37,451 nucleotides of DNA from contig JAVCCP010000022.1 of the NCBI GenBank assembly GCA_030765405.1, forward strand, positions 1-37,451. The letters run 5' to 3'. The position numbers and the translations under genes were made by a program. A model generated the notes under the pieces. That model was not told where the DNA came from. It did not search any database and worked only from the letters and a program-made list of their open reading frames with translations. Origin of the DNA: Candidatus Ancaeobacter aquaticus (GTDB lineage Bacteria > Auribacterota > Ancaeobacteria > Ancaeobacterales > Ancaeobacteraceae). This document shows, piece by piece, positions 1-9,031 of this stretch (positions within the stretch are counted from its first letter, which is position 1; every line of letters begins with the position of its first letter).

Positions 1-208
1 ATCAGTTTTTATGTCAACATAATACTTCGAATCCAATGCGAATTTGCTCATACAAGGCGTTTACCACTAAAATATCGTAAATAGAATGACTTATGGTGAG
101 CTAAAATACTTTGTTGCGGAATTGCTGGATAAAAAGTCAAAAAATGTACAGATTCAGAGCTTTTTATTTTTTTCTAAGAGTTTTTTGCCTTCGATATCTT
201 CCATACCT

Positions 209-244
209 AAAAAAAACGGCTGTGCCATTTCGGCGCAGCCGTTT
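209..244 (-). terminator. Rho-independent terminator downstream of the 281..1180 gene
   Basis: Minus strand reads aaacggctg-cgcc-gaaat-ggca-cagccgttt running into a U8 tract. It has a perfect 9-bp outer stem and lies 36 nt after the stop codon. Confidence 0.8.
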
Positions 245-280
245 ATCCCCTACTATAATTATTCATCTGCTTAATAATTT

Positions 281-1180
281 TTACTCAAAACATATATCAT
301 CAATATTAATTGATCCGGTCTTCTCTGTAGCATTGATATCATCAAATACAATAACAAATTCAGTTAATGATGACAGATCGGTTATATCTTTAATATCTTT
401 TAACGGTATTGTAATCTTCTGCCAATCACTCGTTATCCCTGTTACCATACATTTACCGACTTCATTCTTGTTTTTGAGCTCAATTTTAAAGCGATCCGTG
501 AATTTCTTCCCAGGATTACCTTTAATATAAAATACTAGATTAGTGAATTTTGAAGCGTCCAGACCGTTTAGCTTCATCCATATACCATTATAAGCAGGAT
601 TAGGACTATCAACTTTATAATCTAAAGATAACGAGTATCCTTTACCACCACGGGCGACCTTATCATCAAAAGACATGTTGCAATACTGAGTCTTATCATT
701 TGGATCCTTGTCCCATGAGCCAAAGTCTCCACCAAGCTTATTTGGTTTATTTCCCGCGTTAAAATCCGCAACTAATATATTAGCTGTTCGATCTTTAACA
801 GCCATATCTACAGAAGCTGCTGCTGGCTTCAGTGCACTAATAATTTTTTCGGGAGTTTTCTCAGCTTCCTGTGGCAACTTCGTTTTAATAGTTTCTGCTA
901 CATCTTTTGACTGTTTATCAATAATAATGAGCTCTTCATCATTAAAAGATGCCTTTGATTTTTTCTTTACCTCAGAGTCCTCACGCATCGGCTCACGGGG
1001 TGTTTCAAAAACCTTGGTTGTTTGAACAAACTCGTAGTCCGGCTCACTGGAAGTCATGGCTGAATCATCAACTTCCAATAACTTTAACTCAGAAGCATCA
1101 GGTGTCTTATTCATCGAAGTACACCCCGCACATAATACTGTCAAAAACATAACGCTACAAATCATCGAATACTTCCTCAT
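281..1180 (-). CDS. Lipoprotein with C-terminal carbohydrate-binding-module-like (CBM11/CIA30-like) domain
   Basis: Lipobox LCAGC at Cys20, then a K/E/S-rich linker. The C-terminal beta-rich domain (SLSLDYKV..AYNGIWMKL..LVFYIKG..FKIELK..WQKITIPLKD..GSINIDDICF) resembles galactose-binding-like CBM folds. RBS-like gagg upstream. Confidence 0.65.
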   Translation of the reverse strand: MRKYSMICSVMFLTVLCAGCTSMNKTPDASELKLLEVDDSAMTSSEPDYEFVQTTKVFETPREPMREDSEVKKKSKASFNDEELIIIDKQSKDVAETIKTKLPQEAEKTPEKIISALKPAAASVDMAVKDRTANILVADFNAGNKPNKLGGDFGSWDKDPNDKTQYCNMSFDDKVARGGKGYSLSLDYKVDSPNPAYNGIWMKLNGLDASKFTNLVFYIKGNPGKKFTDRFKIELKNKNEVGKCMVTGITSDWQKITIPLKDIKDITDLSSLTEFVIVFDDINATEKTGSINIDDICFE

Positions 1181-1244
1181 AAGTAAGGCCTCCTTTAAAA
1201 ATAAACTTCCTTTTCACATACACATAGTGGAATTACAAACAATA

Positions 1245-1273
1245 AATATAGCGGTATTTGGCAATAATGTCAA
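1245..1273 (-). promoter_or_regulatory. Sigma70-type promoter for the CBM lipoprotein gene
   Basis: Minus strand TTGACA-17 nt-TATATT. Confidence 0.7.
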
Positions 1274-1321
1274 ATTGAGAGATTTGTGTGCGTTAAGAGA
1301 TTAAATAAAAGAGATGAAATC

Positions 1322-2338
1322 TCAAACTTTAATCCATTTAGCATTTCTGCCGATACCCGTTGATTGAATCTTTTTTTCATCACGCAATTCGCGGACAACC
1401 TTCCTAATCATATCCCGGGTAATATGAGGAGATCTTTTTTGAAGATCATTCATTGAGAAGGGTTCTGATATCTGCCGAATATGAGCTTTAATGAGATCAG
1501 TTTTTGAACCTTTACCATCAAAATGCGCGACACGATATTCAAATTCAGAATAAATTGAAATTAATGTATCATAAAACATATTGAGCCAAGGAATGACGTC
1601 ATGATGTCCGTCTATCCAATTTTTAGAGGTCGCCATAATTGTCGACTTCCATTTATCCGATAATTTATTCATTATTGTTTCAATTTCCGAATACCGCACC
1701 ACATTATAGTGAGATTGATACAATAGAAGCAACATTAGCAACCGTGAGATCTTGTCATTTCCATATTTAAATGGTTGTATAATAATGAAATCCAGAATAA
1801 ACAGAGGAATGAGTAACAATGAATCATATACACCCATCTGCTCACAAACGATATATAACCCTACAAGCTTTTTAATGTAAAACGGTATCTCATTATTTGC
1901 CACCACTTTAATATATAGGTCTTTACTTTTCTGATCTCTTGAACGCCATGTACCAGAACTAATATTGGGGACATAGTGAAATAACATTGAATGCAATTCC
2001 AGAATAGTATTTTCAGTCAGTTTAATCTCCTTACTATTTTTATAAATAAACGTAATGAGATCTTTATATCCGGTAACTATTTTTTCATTTTTTGTATGAG
2101 GAACAGGATGATCGGTAGATACAATCTTTTGAACCCTACGATATGGTATTTTTATGCCATATTGACCGCATGCATTTTGGACAATGATACCTTGCATGAG
2201 TTTTTGTTTTGATTTGTACGGGATTTTATCTATATAAAGATCTTCCCTGCCTTTATACTCCCCTATTTTTCTTATTTTAGAAATAAGATCGGCAGGCAAT
2301 AAAATATTTTCTATAAATTCTTTTTGTAGTGATTTCAT
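1322..2338 (-). CDS. Fic-domain protein with degenerate catalytic motif and C-terminal winged HTH
   Basis: LDFIIIQPFKYGNDKISRLLMLLLLY aligns to the Fic motif HPFxDGNGRxxR. The C-terminal SMNDLQKRSPHITRDMIRKVVRELRDEKKIQSTGIGRNAKW is wHTH-like. Confidence 0.8.
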   Translation of the reverse strand: MKSLQKEFIENILLPADLISKIRKIGEYKGREDLYIDKIPYKSKQKLMQGIIVQNACGQYGIKIPYRRVQKIVSTDHPVPHTKNEKIVTGYKDLITFIYKNSKEIKLTENTILELHSMLFHYVPNISSGTWRSRDQKSKDLYIKVVANNEIPFYIKKLVGLYIVCEQMGVYDSLLLIPLFILDFIIIQPFKYGNDKISRLLMLLLLYQSHYNVVRYSEIETIMNKLSDKWKSTIMATSKNWIDGHHDVIPWLNMFYDTLISIYSEFEYRVAHFDGKGSKTDLIKAHIRQISEPFSMNDLQKRSPHITRDMIRKVVRELRDEKKIQSTGIGRNAKWIKV

Positions 2339-2368
2339 AATAGGGTATATTCTTTATATTATTACCCC

Positions 2369-2397
2369 AATGTAATCCATAAGTATATTATTGTCAA
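2369..2397 (-). promoter_or_regulatory. Sigma70-type promoter for the Fic-like gene
   Basis: Minus strand TTGACA-17 nt-TACATT. Confidence 0.55.
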
Positions 2398-2429
2398 TAG
2401 TTTATTTCGCATGGTATTACCTCTGAAGG

Positions 2430-2777
2430 TTAGCCTTGAAATTTCATCAGATTATCTGCATCGATTGTTTCGTCGATCTGTAAAGGAATGATTTCTGGGG
2501 ATTGCTCAGGTTCTAGTAACTCTAAACTTTTCTCGTACTTAATATGATTGCTGAGCCATACAAACGCAACATATTTCATTGCTTCAGCAAACGTGCCTAT
2601 AGATTCGTGTGTAAAATCTGATGAATGTGACATATATCGCAAGATGAGCCCGGAAACGATAAGACAATGTTTAGTACGAGTCCAAACCAGCATCTTATAC
2701 GATAGTAAAAAAAGAATTCGATACGGACTTCCTTCGAGAATAACGCAGGATGCGAGGAAAATATACAAAATGTGCAA
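2430..2777 (-). CDS. Hypothetical protein (start uncertain, may be spurious)
   Basis: 115-codon ORF co-oriented with its neighbours, acidic C-terminus, TTG start without a clear RBS, no recognisable motif. Confidence 0.3.
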   Translation of the reverse strand: MHILYIFLASCVILEGSPYRILFLLSYKMLVWTRTKHCLIVSGLILRYMSHSSDFTHESIGTFAEAMKYVAFVWLSNHIKYEKSLELLEPEQSPEIIPLQIDETIDADNLMKFQG

Positions 2778-2963
2778 TATTACTCAAAAATTAACACCTT
2801 TTATAGTGAAAAAAATGTAGTGCCCCACCAAACCCGCAACCCCCCTATTTTACTGGGTCTTTTAAAATTCATGTATGAAGTCGGGAAAGGATGACACATG
2901 GTTTTAGCGAGCCGAAGCCTTATATTAACAATCTCAAATGGAATAGGTTTTTTGAGGATAGCT

Positions 2964-3284
2964 TTATTTGAGCTTATAAGCCTTATTGTGTGGACCAATA
3001 GTGATAAAAATTACGGTGTTATCAGAAAATTTGCAAAACTGAGGAAAATTATCTTTAGCAATTTTATTCTTTTGTACTTCTTCGCTTATTGCAAATATAA
3101 TTCTAAAGTTCCTGCCAATTCTAGCACTTCGCAAGCCTCTTAATTCTCTCTGTAAAGGCTCTGTTTTGTCGTAAGGATTTTCTATAATTGCAAAAACACA
3201 TTTTTTAATACGTGCACTTAGCCCAGAATATTGCTTGAAATGCTTCTGAAACGTAAGAACATAGATGGGATGATATTTCTTCAT
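2964..3284 (-). CDS. Type II toxin, RelE/ParE superfamily
   Basis: 106 aa basic protein with LRGLRSARIGRNFRIIF and a C-terminal IGPHNKAY, typical of RelE-like RNases. It overlaps the upstream small gene by 4 nt (ATGA). Confidence 0.8.
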   Translation of the reverse strand: MKKYHPIYVLTFQKHFKQYSGLSARIKKCVFAIIENPYDKTEPLQRELRGLRSARIGRNFRIIFAISEEVQKNKIAKDNFPQFCKFSDNTVIFITIGPHNKAYKLK

Positions 3285-3553
3285 TTAAACATTTTCTTGG
3301 TGTCAGAAGAATATTTACCTGCAATTATTTCTTCTTGAGCGTGTTTTATGTCGCCCATAAATTGCGGATTAGACAATATTGCTTTAGTTTCTTTACTAAC
3401 CTTTTCAGCCTTTTTTTTCATAAGACCGTCTACCTCAATCCTTATAAGTTGAGCCATGCTTACTCGCTTACCTGTTTTCTTAGATTCTACATAAGAAAGA
3501 TCCTGAAGAAAACGGGCTTGGTATTCTTTAAGATAAACTTCTAATTTATGCAT
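3281..3553 (-). CDS. Type II antitoxin (RHH-like N-terminus)
   Basis: 90 aa, directly upstream of the toxin, with a strong RBS (ggaggtgg). N-terminal LEVYL..SMAQLIR is RHH-like and the C-terminal ETKAILSNPQFMGDIKHAQEEIIAG resembles a YefM/RelB neutralising tail. Confidence 0.75.
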   Translation of the reverse strand: MHKLEVYLKEYQARFLQDLSYVESKKTGKRVSMAQLIRIEVDGLMKKKAEKVSKETKAILSNPQFMGDIKHAQEEIIAGKYSSDTKKMFK

Positions 3554-3573
3554 TTTACCACCTCCTGAATACT

Positions 3574-3602
3574 ATCATGCTATATATATGTCATAATGTC
3601 AA
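3574..3602 (-). promoter_or_regulatory. TA operon promoter with overlapping imperfect palindrome (candidate autorepression operator)
   Basis: Minus strand TTGACA-17 nt-CATGAT. The 18-bp imperfect palindrome atgctatatatatgtcat spans the -10 and the spacer. Confidence 0.65.
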
Positions 3603-3702
3603 GTATTATTTGATAACAGGGCACTTTCAATCCTGTGTAGAAACCAATATTTAAGAAAGTTAAGATATAGTAGTGGTGGTTTCTCTTTCTTTTTCATATA
3701 CG

Positions 3703-3744
3703 TAAAAAGACGTAACTACTAAAGTAAGTAATTACGTCTTTTAT
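3703..3744. terminator. Inverted repeat / probable intrinsic terminator after the GH57-lipoprotein transcript
   Basis: Perfect 13-bp inverted repeat taaaaagacgtaa / ttacgtcttttta, 22 nt downstream of the 3767 stop codon. Confidence 0.7.
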
Positions 3745-3766
3745 TATTAATTACATTAAATGATCA

Positions 3767-4177
3767 TCAATCAAAAGTAAACACTGTACCACATACAGGA
3801 CATTTCACTCGTGAGCCGGGCTTAAAACCTGAAACATCAATATGCTGGCCGCAGTGTGGACAGGCTACAATAACTTGTCCAACTGGCTGAGCTGACAACG
3901 CCTTGACAACACCTGTGGGCTGCATTCCTTGATTTGCTGCCATTGCTTGTGATCTCTTTTGCTGCTGCTCTAATGCAGCGCCAACAATAAGTCCTGTTAA
4001 AGCACCTGCACCTGCGCCTATTGCTGTACCTGCACCCGCATTACCACTCATACTACCAACAAGAGCACCAGTTCCGGCACCGAGTCCACCACCGAGTAAC
4101 GTTCCTTCCATAGCATTACATCCAGCTAAAGCAGGTATCATCATTGCAATTATAATGATTGAAGCTACTCTTTTCAT
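3767..4177 (-). CDS. Glycine-zipper lipoprotein with C-terminal zinc-ribbon
   Basis: Lipobox LAGC, glycine zipper GGGLGAGTGALVG..GAGTAIGAGAGALTG, and a C-terminal CPHC-x13-CPVC. RBS ggag. Confidence 0.75.
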   Translation of the reverse strand: MKRVASIIIIAMMIPALAGCNAMEGTLLGGGLGAGTGALVGSMSGNAGAGTAIGAGAGALTGLIVGAALEQQQKRSQAMAANQGMQPTGVVKALSAQPVGQVIVACPHCGQHIDVSGFKPGSRVKCPVCGTVFTFD

Positions 4178-4281
4178 TGGTAGTTACTCCTGTTTTATTC
4201 TGACGAACATGTTATTTCAATGTTCCCATATTTCCACCAGATTTTCAATTCAAATTTAAGCTCTATAACAGTCTTTCTCAC

Positions 4282-4316
4282 TCGAACTCCGAACTACAAG
4301 CTCCCTACTCCGAACT
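4282..4316. repeat. Five degenerate tandem heptamers
   Basis: tcgaact ccgaact acaagct ccctact ccgaact. Confidence 0.5.
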
Positions 4317-4322
4317 AATATA

Positions 4323-6509
4323 CTATACACTCCACATCTCAGCTTCATAATTATCATCAGGTATTCTATAGGAAATAAACCCGTGTTTTGGGTATCGTTC
4401 AACTTCAAGATCTTTTCTTTTTAACTGCACAAAAAAATTCACTTCTTCCCCCGAATTAAACTGCAACTCTTTAAACGGAATAGCTAACTCAATAATATTC
4501 TCGGCTGCAATAGTCTCATATTTTTTAACCATATCAAAAGTGACTCCATCCTCACTCCGCATGAGAGAGAATGATTTTTCTTGCTCTTTCTTATTACCAT
4601 ATGAAAATACAATGTCATATTCTGATGGTTTCATAAAATGCACATGCACTGACATTGTGTGCATATCTTGCAAATCATCTTTTCTTACCGGATCAAGCCT
4701 AAAATAAAGATTTTCTTTTGAAAACCCGTAATACAGAGCTGCAATGTAGCTCTCAGCTTTATGCATGGTTCCCCCGGGTTTCTTTACATTATATAATCCC
4801 GCTTCTTGCCATTCATAGTAATCTGTAATCCTGCCATCGATCTTTGGTTTTATAAAACCTATAGGCTCATTCTTAATCGTTATAGCGTCAGCGGTTATTA
4901 CAGGAATATTTAAATATTCAGGCACAGGAACATCAAGCACGGTATAAACATTACTAAGGTGCAACCTGAATAGCTCATCGAATAATTCATCGTTATCAGT
5001 TGAAAAATCGTCACCATACCACCAAAACCAGTCACTCCCCTCAGCGGCATATATCTCATTCCACGCAAGTGCTAATTTATCCTCAGGTATTTTATTTTTG
5101 CCTGAATGCTCTACAAGGAATTCCCTTGTTCTTTTGATGTACTCCCAGCCGGTATTCTCTTCTTTTGACCCGATCCATATATCATAATTGCTGCATATCC
5201 ACGATCCACTAAAAAGATTTTTAATAATTTCTTTTGGCGGATGCTGTACAAGATATTCTGAAACGGTAACACAATGAATATGATTATTATTGGTTATTTT
5301 TTCATATAATGTTGTAAGGAATTTTTTTCCGCCATCCGGATAATATTCCCAAGGATTCTCACCATCAAGTATAACATTAACAATGTGAGATGTTCCCTGC
5401 TCATTCTTATTAAGGTAATCCGATATTCTCGTAATATGAGAAATCAAATCATCAGCCGCTTCTTCTGGCTTAGCTTTAGAATAAACAAATCCAATAAGAT
5501 CACTCAGTCCATGGTCCCTAAAAACTATGGCAACATTTTTACCTTTGTGTTCTGCTATATATGGTTTATATAGTGCTAGACCTTTATTTTTCGTTTGAAT
5601 TGAGTTCATGAGAACTTCTTCGTCTGTTGCAATCCACTTGATACCACATTCATCTAGAAGAGGGATTAATTCGGGGCAGACAGACCCTTCACTTGGCCAC
5701 ATACCATTTGGTTTTTTCCCAAATAGCCTATTGTAATAATCGACACTTTTCTGTATATGTTTTAATGCATCGTCAGGAGCTCTAAAGCGTTCTGGAAGTG
5801 GAGCATGTGGCATTGAACGTTTTGCTATATCTGTATCAATAACCAATGGCAAAATAGGATGGTAAAAAGGACTCACCGTAATTTCGATTTGACCCTTATC
5901 CTGATAACTTTTATATACAGGGATTATTGTTTTCATCACCTCTATCTGAATATCTAATAGTCTATTCTTTTCCTTTTCAGTATAGTCCTTGCCTTTATCA
6001 ATCATTTCCTGAACAAATGGAAAATCTTCCCGCGCTTTATAGCCAAACCACGTTAGATTAAAATATACTTGCAGGTCTCTGTAATCGTTTGTAGAAAATG
6101 ATTTAACAATAACATCTTTATCCGCTTCATATTCGCGGAACCCCCTCTTTGACAACAGCTCCCAATAACGTGGATATGGCTTAATCATGGTATCCCAATT
6201 TGCCATAAAAAAATTAGTTAACAAAAAGTTTTTATCTTCATCTGTTAAATCATCGGCTACTTTTCGGGAACATATAAGACAATCGTCAAGGGCATTACCA
6301 CACACATAATCTTCAATCTGCATTAAAAGAGATGGGACAAGATTAAATGTTTGATGAATATGGGGAAATTCTTTTAAGACGTGTACCATATCATAGTACC
6401 CCTTTATCGCATGGAGTCTTACCCATGGCATGAGATACTTTGATGAGAGCGGATCCTTATACACTGGCTGATGCATATGCCAGAGAAAATTTACATAAAT
6501 ATCGCTCAC
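4323..6509 (-). CDS. Glycoside hydrolase family 57 (amylopullulanase/alpha-amylase-like)
   Basis: GH57 conserved regions LWHMHQP, WPSEGS (nucleophile Glu), LDGENPWEYY (acid/base Asp) and AEGSDWFWW. Confidence 0.92.
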   Translation of the reverse strand: MSDIYVNFLWHMHQPVYKDPLSSKYLMPWVRLHAIKGYYDMVHVLKEFPHIHQTFNLVPSLLMQIEDYVCGNALDDCLICSRKVADDLTDEDKNFLLTNFFMANWDTMIKPYPRYWELLSKRGFREYEADKDVIVKSFSTNDYRDLQVYFNLTWFGYKAREDFPFVQEMIDKGKDYTEKEKNRLLDIQIEVMKTIIPVYKSYQDKGQIEITVSPFYHPILPLVIDTDIAKRSMPHAPLPERFRAPDDALKHIQKSVDYYNRLFGKKPNGMWPSEGSVCPELIPLLDECGIKWIATDEEVLMNSIQTKNKGLALYKPYIAEHKGKNVAIVFRDHGLSDLIGFVYSKAKPEEAADDLISHITRISDYLNKNEQGTSHIVNVILDGENPWEYYPDGGKKFLTTLYEKITNNNHIHCVTVSEYLVQHPPKEIIKNLFSGSWICSNYDIWIGSKEENTGWEYIKRTREFLVEHSGKNKIPEDKLALAWNEIYAAEGSDWFWWYGDDFSTDNDELFDELFRLHLSNVYTVLDVPVPEYLNIPVITADAITIKNEPIGFIKPKIDGRITDYYEWQEAGLYNVKKPGGTMHKAESYIAALYYGFSKENLYFRLDPVRKDDLQDMHTMSVHVHFMKPSEYDIVFSYGNKKEQEKSFSLMRSEDGVTFDMVKKYETIAAENIIELAIPFKELQFNSGEEVNFFVQLKRKDLEVERYPKHGFISYRIPDDNYEAEMWSV

Positions 6510-7525
6510 GCGGTTGTCTCCTGAAGGAATTTTGCAGCTTCTTCGGGTACTGTCGGATTAATATAAAAACCTGTTCCCCATTCAAAACCCGCAACCTTAG
6601 TTAACCGCGGCATGAGTTCGATGTGCCAATGAAAATCATGGTCTATTGTCGTCCAATATCCTGATCGCGGCCGCCTCACAGGTGCGGTGTGAAGAATGAA
6701 GTTATATTGAGGCCTGTTGAGTGCTTTTGATAATTTCAAAAGTACTGTCTTTAACATCTCGGCAAGTGAAACTATTTCGTGCGGCTGTATATTGTGATAA
6801 TCAGGATGATGCCGCTTTGGAAGAATAGATAATTCGAAAGGAAATCGTGATGCGTAGGGACAGTATGCTATAAAGTGGTCGTTCTCAAAAACAACTCTGC
6901 TTTTTTGCTGTTGCTCTTCACGTATCATATCGCAAAAAACACACCGATCTTTATAGTTGAAATATTCTTTTGCACCATCAAGTTCTTCTTTAACTCGCTT
7001 TGGGGTAACAGGTGTTGCAATAAGTTGTGAATGTGAATGTGACAACGTTGCCCCAGCTGTAAATCCTTCATTTTTAAAAATCAGTATATATCGAAACCGG
7101 GTGTCATTCATAAGATCGAGTGTTCTAATTCTATAGGTATCAAGCACCTTTACTAAATGATCAGTTTTCAGAGATTTCATTTTTTCACTATGCTTTGGGG
7201 TTTCAATAATAACTTCATGAGCGCCAATACCATTCATTTCATCGTACATTCCCACGCCATGTTTTTCAAGCTCACCTTCCACACGCAATACAGGAAATTT
7301 GTTTGGTACTACACGAACATCCCAGCCTGGAGTATTTGGCTCTGTATTTTTATCGCGAAATGCAAACAATTCAGAAGATGTTTTATCTTCATTACCTTCG
7401 CAAAACGGACATCCTTTAGCATCAGTAATTGTTGGTTCAACATTAAAATCACTCGGTCTTTTTCCTCGTTGGGTAGAAATTATAACCCACCTACCGAGTA
7501 CAGGATCTTTTCTTAGTTCAGGCAT
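6506..7525 (-). CDS. galT: GalT-family nucleotidylyltransferase (galactose-1-phosphate uridylyltransferase-like)
   Basis: MPELRKDP start with RBS aaggag, RGKRP, Zn motifs CPFC and CVFC, HSHSQ catalytic motif, and WHIELMPR..AGFEWGTG. The ORF-track start (7597) overlaps glgA and is probably too long. Confidence 0.85.
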   Translation of the reverse strand: MPELRKDPVLGRWVIISTQRGKRPSDFNVEPTITDAKGCPFCEGNEDKTSSELFAFRDKNTEPNTPGWDVRVVPNKFPVLRVEGELEKHGVGMYDEMNGIGAHEVIIETPKHSEKMKSLKTDHLVKVLDTYRIRTLDLMNDTRFRYILIFKNEGFTAGATLSHSHSQLIATPVTPKRVKEELDGAKEYFNYKDRCVFCDMIREEQQQKSRVVFENDHFIAYCPYASRFPFELSILPKRHHPDYHNIQPHEIVSLAEMLKTVLLKLSKALNRPQYNFILHTAPVRRPRSGYWTTIDHDFHWHIELMPRLTKVAGFEWGTGFYINPTVPEEAAKFLQETTA

Positions 7526-7545
7526 AGAATAACTCCTTTTAATAT

Positions 7546-9000
7546 CTATTTGTTTATAGTATAAATTTGAACATATTCTTGAGCGGATTTTTTCCATGAA
7601 AAATCACACTTCATAGCATTTTCAACGACTGTATTCCATTTCGTTTTGTCCTTAAACACCTTCATTGCGTCTTTCAACTTATTGAGAAGACCCTTAGACG
7701 TATATCCATCAAACTTAAATCCATTGCCTTTTGGGCTTGATGGATTAAAATCACATATTGTATCATCTAACCCGCCGGTAGCTCTTACAACGGGTATAGT
7801 TCCATACTTCAAACTGTAAATCTGATTTAACCCACACGGTTCAAAACGCGATGGCATGAGAAAAAAATCACAACCGGCTTCTATCTTATGTGCCAATGCA
7901 TTATTAAACCCTATCTCTATTCCGGCCATCTTAGGATATTTTTTTGCAATACCGGTAAAAAGATCATGATATTTTTGTTCACCTGTTCCAAGCAGAATAA
8001 ATGCATATCCCATCGTGATAATTTCATCTATTGATTCCTCAATCAAGTCAAATCCTTTTTGGTCAGCTAATCGTGATATAACACCGATTACCGGCACTTT
8101 TGAATCAAGTGATAATTTATATTCTGACAGCAAATCCTGCCGACAGACAAATTTATCCGCATATTTATCTAAACTATAATTTTTAGCAATATAACGATCT
8201 TTTTCAGGGCTCCACTCATTATAATCAACACCATTAAGTATCCCATATAAATCTTTTTTACGGTTTTTTAATACACCCTCAAGACCACACCCATATTCAG
8301 GTGTCTGAATTTCTTCACAATATTTTTTACTTACCGTTGTTACGATATCAGCCCCAACAATACCTGCTTTCAATAAATTTATTTTACCATAATATTCTAT
8401 TTCTTTTGAGGTAAAGGCATCCCAAGGAAGATTTGTTAAATGCATATCAAGATGCCAAAACAAACCCTGATACGCAAGATTATGTATGGTAAATATTGTT
8501 CTTACACCTTTATAAAATAAATTATCTTTCTCCAGATACTTTAAAAGTATAGGAACAAGTCCTGTCTGCCAATCATTTAAATGCATAATATCAGGTTTAA
8601 ATTCGACTTTTTGTGCGAGTTCAATAATCGCTTTTGAAAAGAAGATGAATCGTTCAGCATTGTCTGCATAATCACCCTCTTTCGTTCTATATAATTCGTC
8701 CCTATCATAATATGAATCGTTCCCCACAAGATATACTGTTACATTTTTTCCAATTTTCGTTGTATATATGTCGGCATATATATCTTTATCGGATATTTTA
8801 ACACTGATTGTTTTTCCGGTATTTTCTATCTTATATGAACCATTTTTTATCATTTTATAGTATGGCAGCACTACACATACATCATGTCCTAGTTTTTCCA
8901 ATTCCAATGGTAATGCACCCGCGACATCAGCAAGGCCTCCTGTTTTTGCAAAAGGCGCAACCTCACTTGCAGCAAATAATATGTTTAACTTTTTAGACAT
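7546..9000 (-). CDS. glgA: Glycogen synthase (GT5)
   Basis: KTGGLADV, HLNDWQ, TIHNLAYQG, MPSRFEPCGLNQ. Confidence 0.95.
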   Translation of the reverse strand: MSKKLNILFAASEVAPFAKTGGLADVAGALPLELEKLGHDVCVVLPYYKMIKNGSYKIENTGKTISVKISDKDIYADIYTTKIGKNVTVYLVGNDSYYDRDELYRTKEGDYADNAERFIFFSKAIIELAQKVEFKPDIMHLNDWQTGLVPILLKYLEKDNLFYKGVRTIFTIHNLAYQGLFWHLDMHLTNLPWDAFTSKEIEYYGKINLLKAGIVGADIVTTVSKKYCEEIQTPEYGCGLEGVLKNRKKDLYGILNGVDYNEWSPEKDRYIAKNYSLDKYADKFVCRQDLLSEYKLSLDSKVPVIGVISRLADQKGFDLIEESIDEIITMGYAFILLGTGEQKYHDLFTGIAKKYPKMAGIEIGFNNALAHKIEAGCDFFLMPSRFEPCGLNQIYSLKYGTIPVVRATGGLDDTICDFNPSSPKGNGFKFDGYTSKGLLNKLKDAMKVFKDKTKWNTVVENAMKCDFSWKKSAQEYVQIYTINK

Positions 9001-9031
9001 ACAAGCCCCTTTCTCATATCTGCTATTATCT

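Noticed and set aside
2822..2830. gccccacca resembling a tRNA 3' end (possible att site next to the Fic/TA cluster)
   Set aside because: Only 9 nt, with no T-arm upstream and no integrase or partner repeat in the window.
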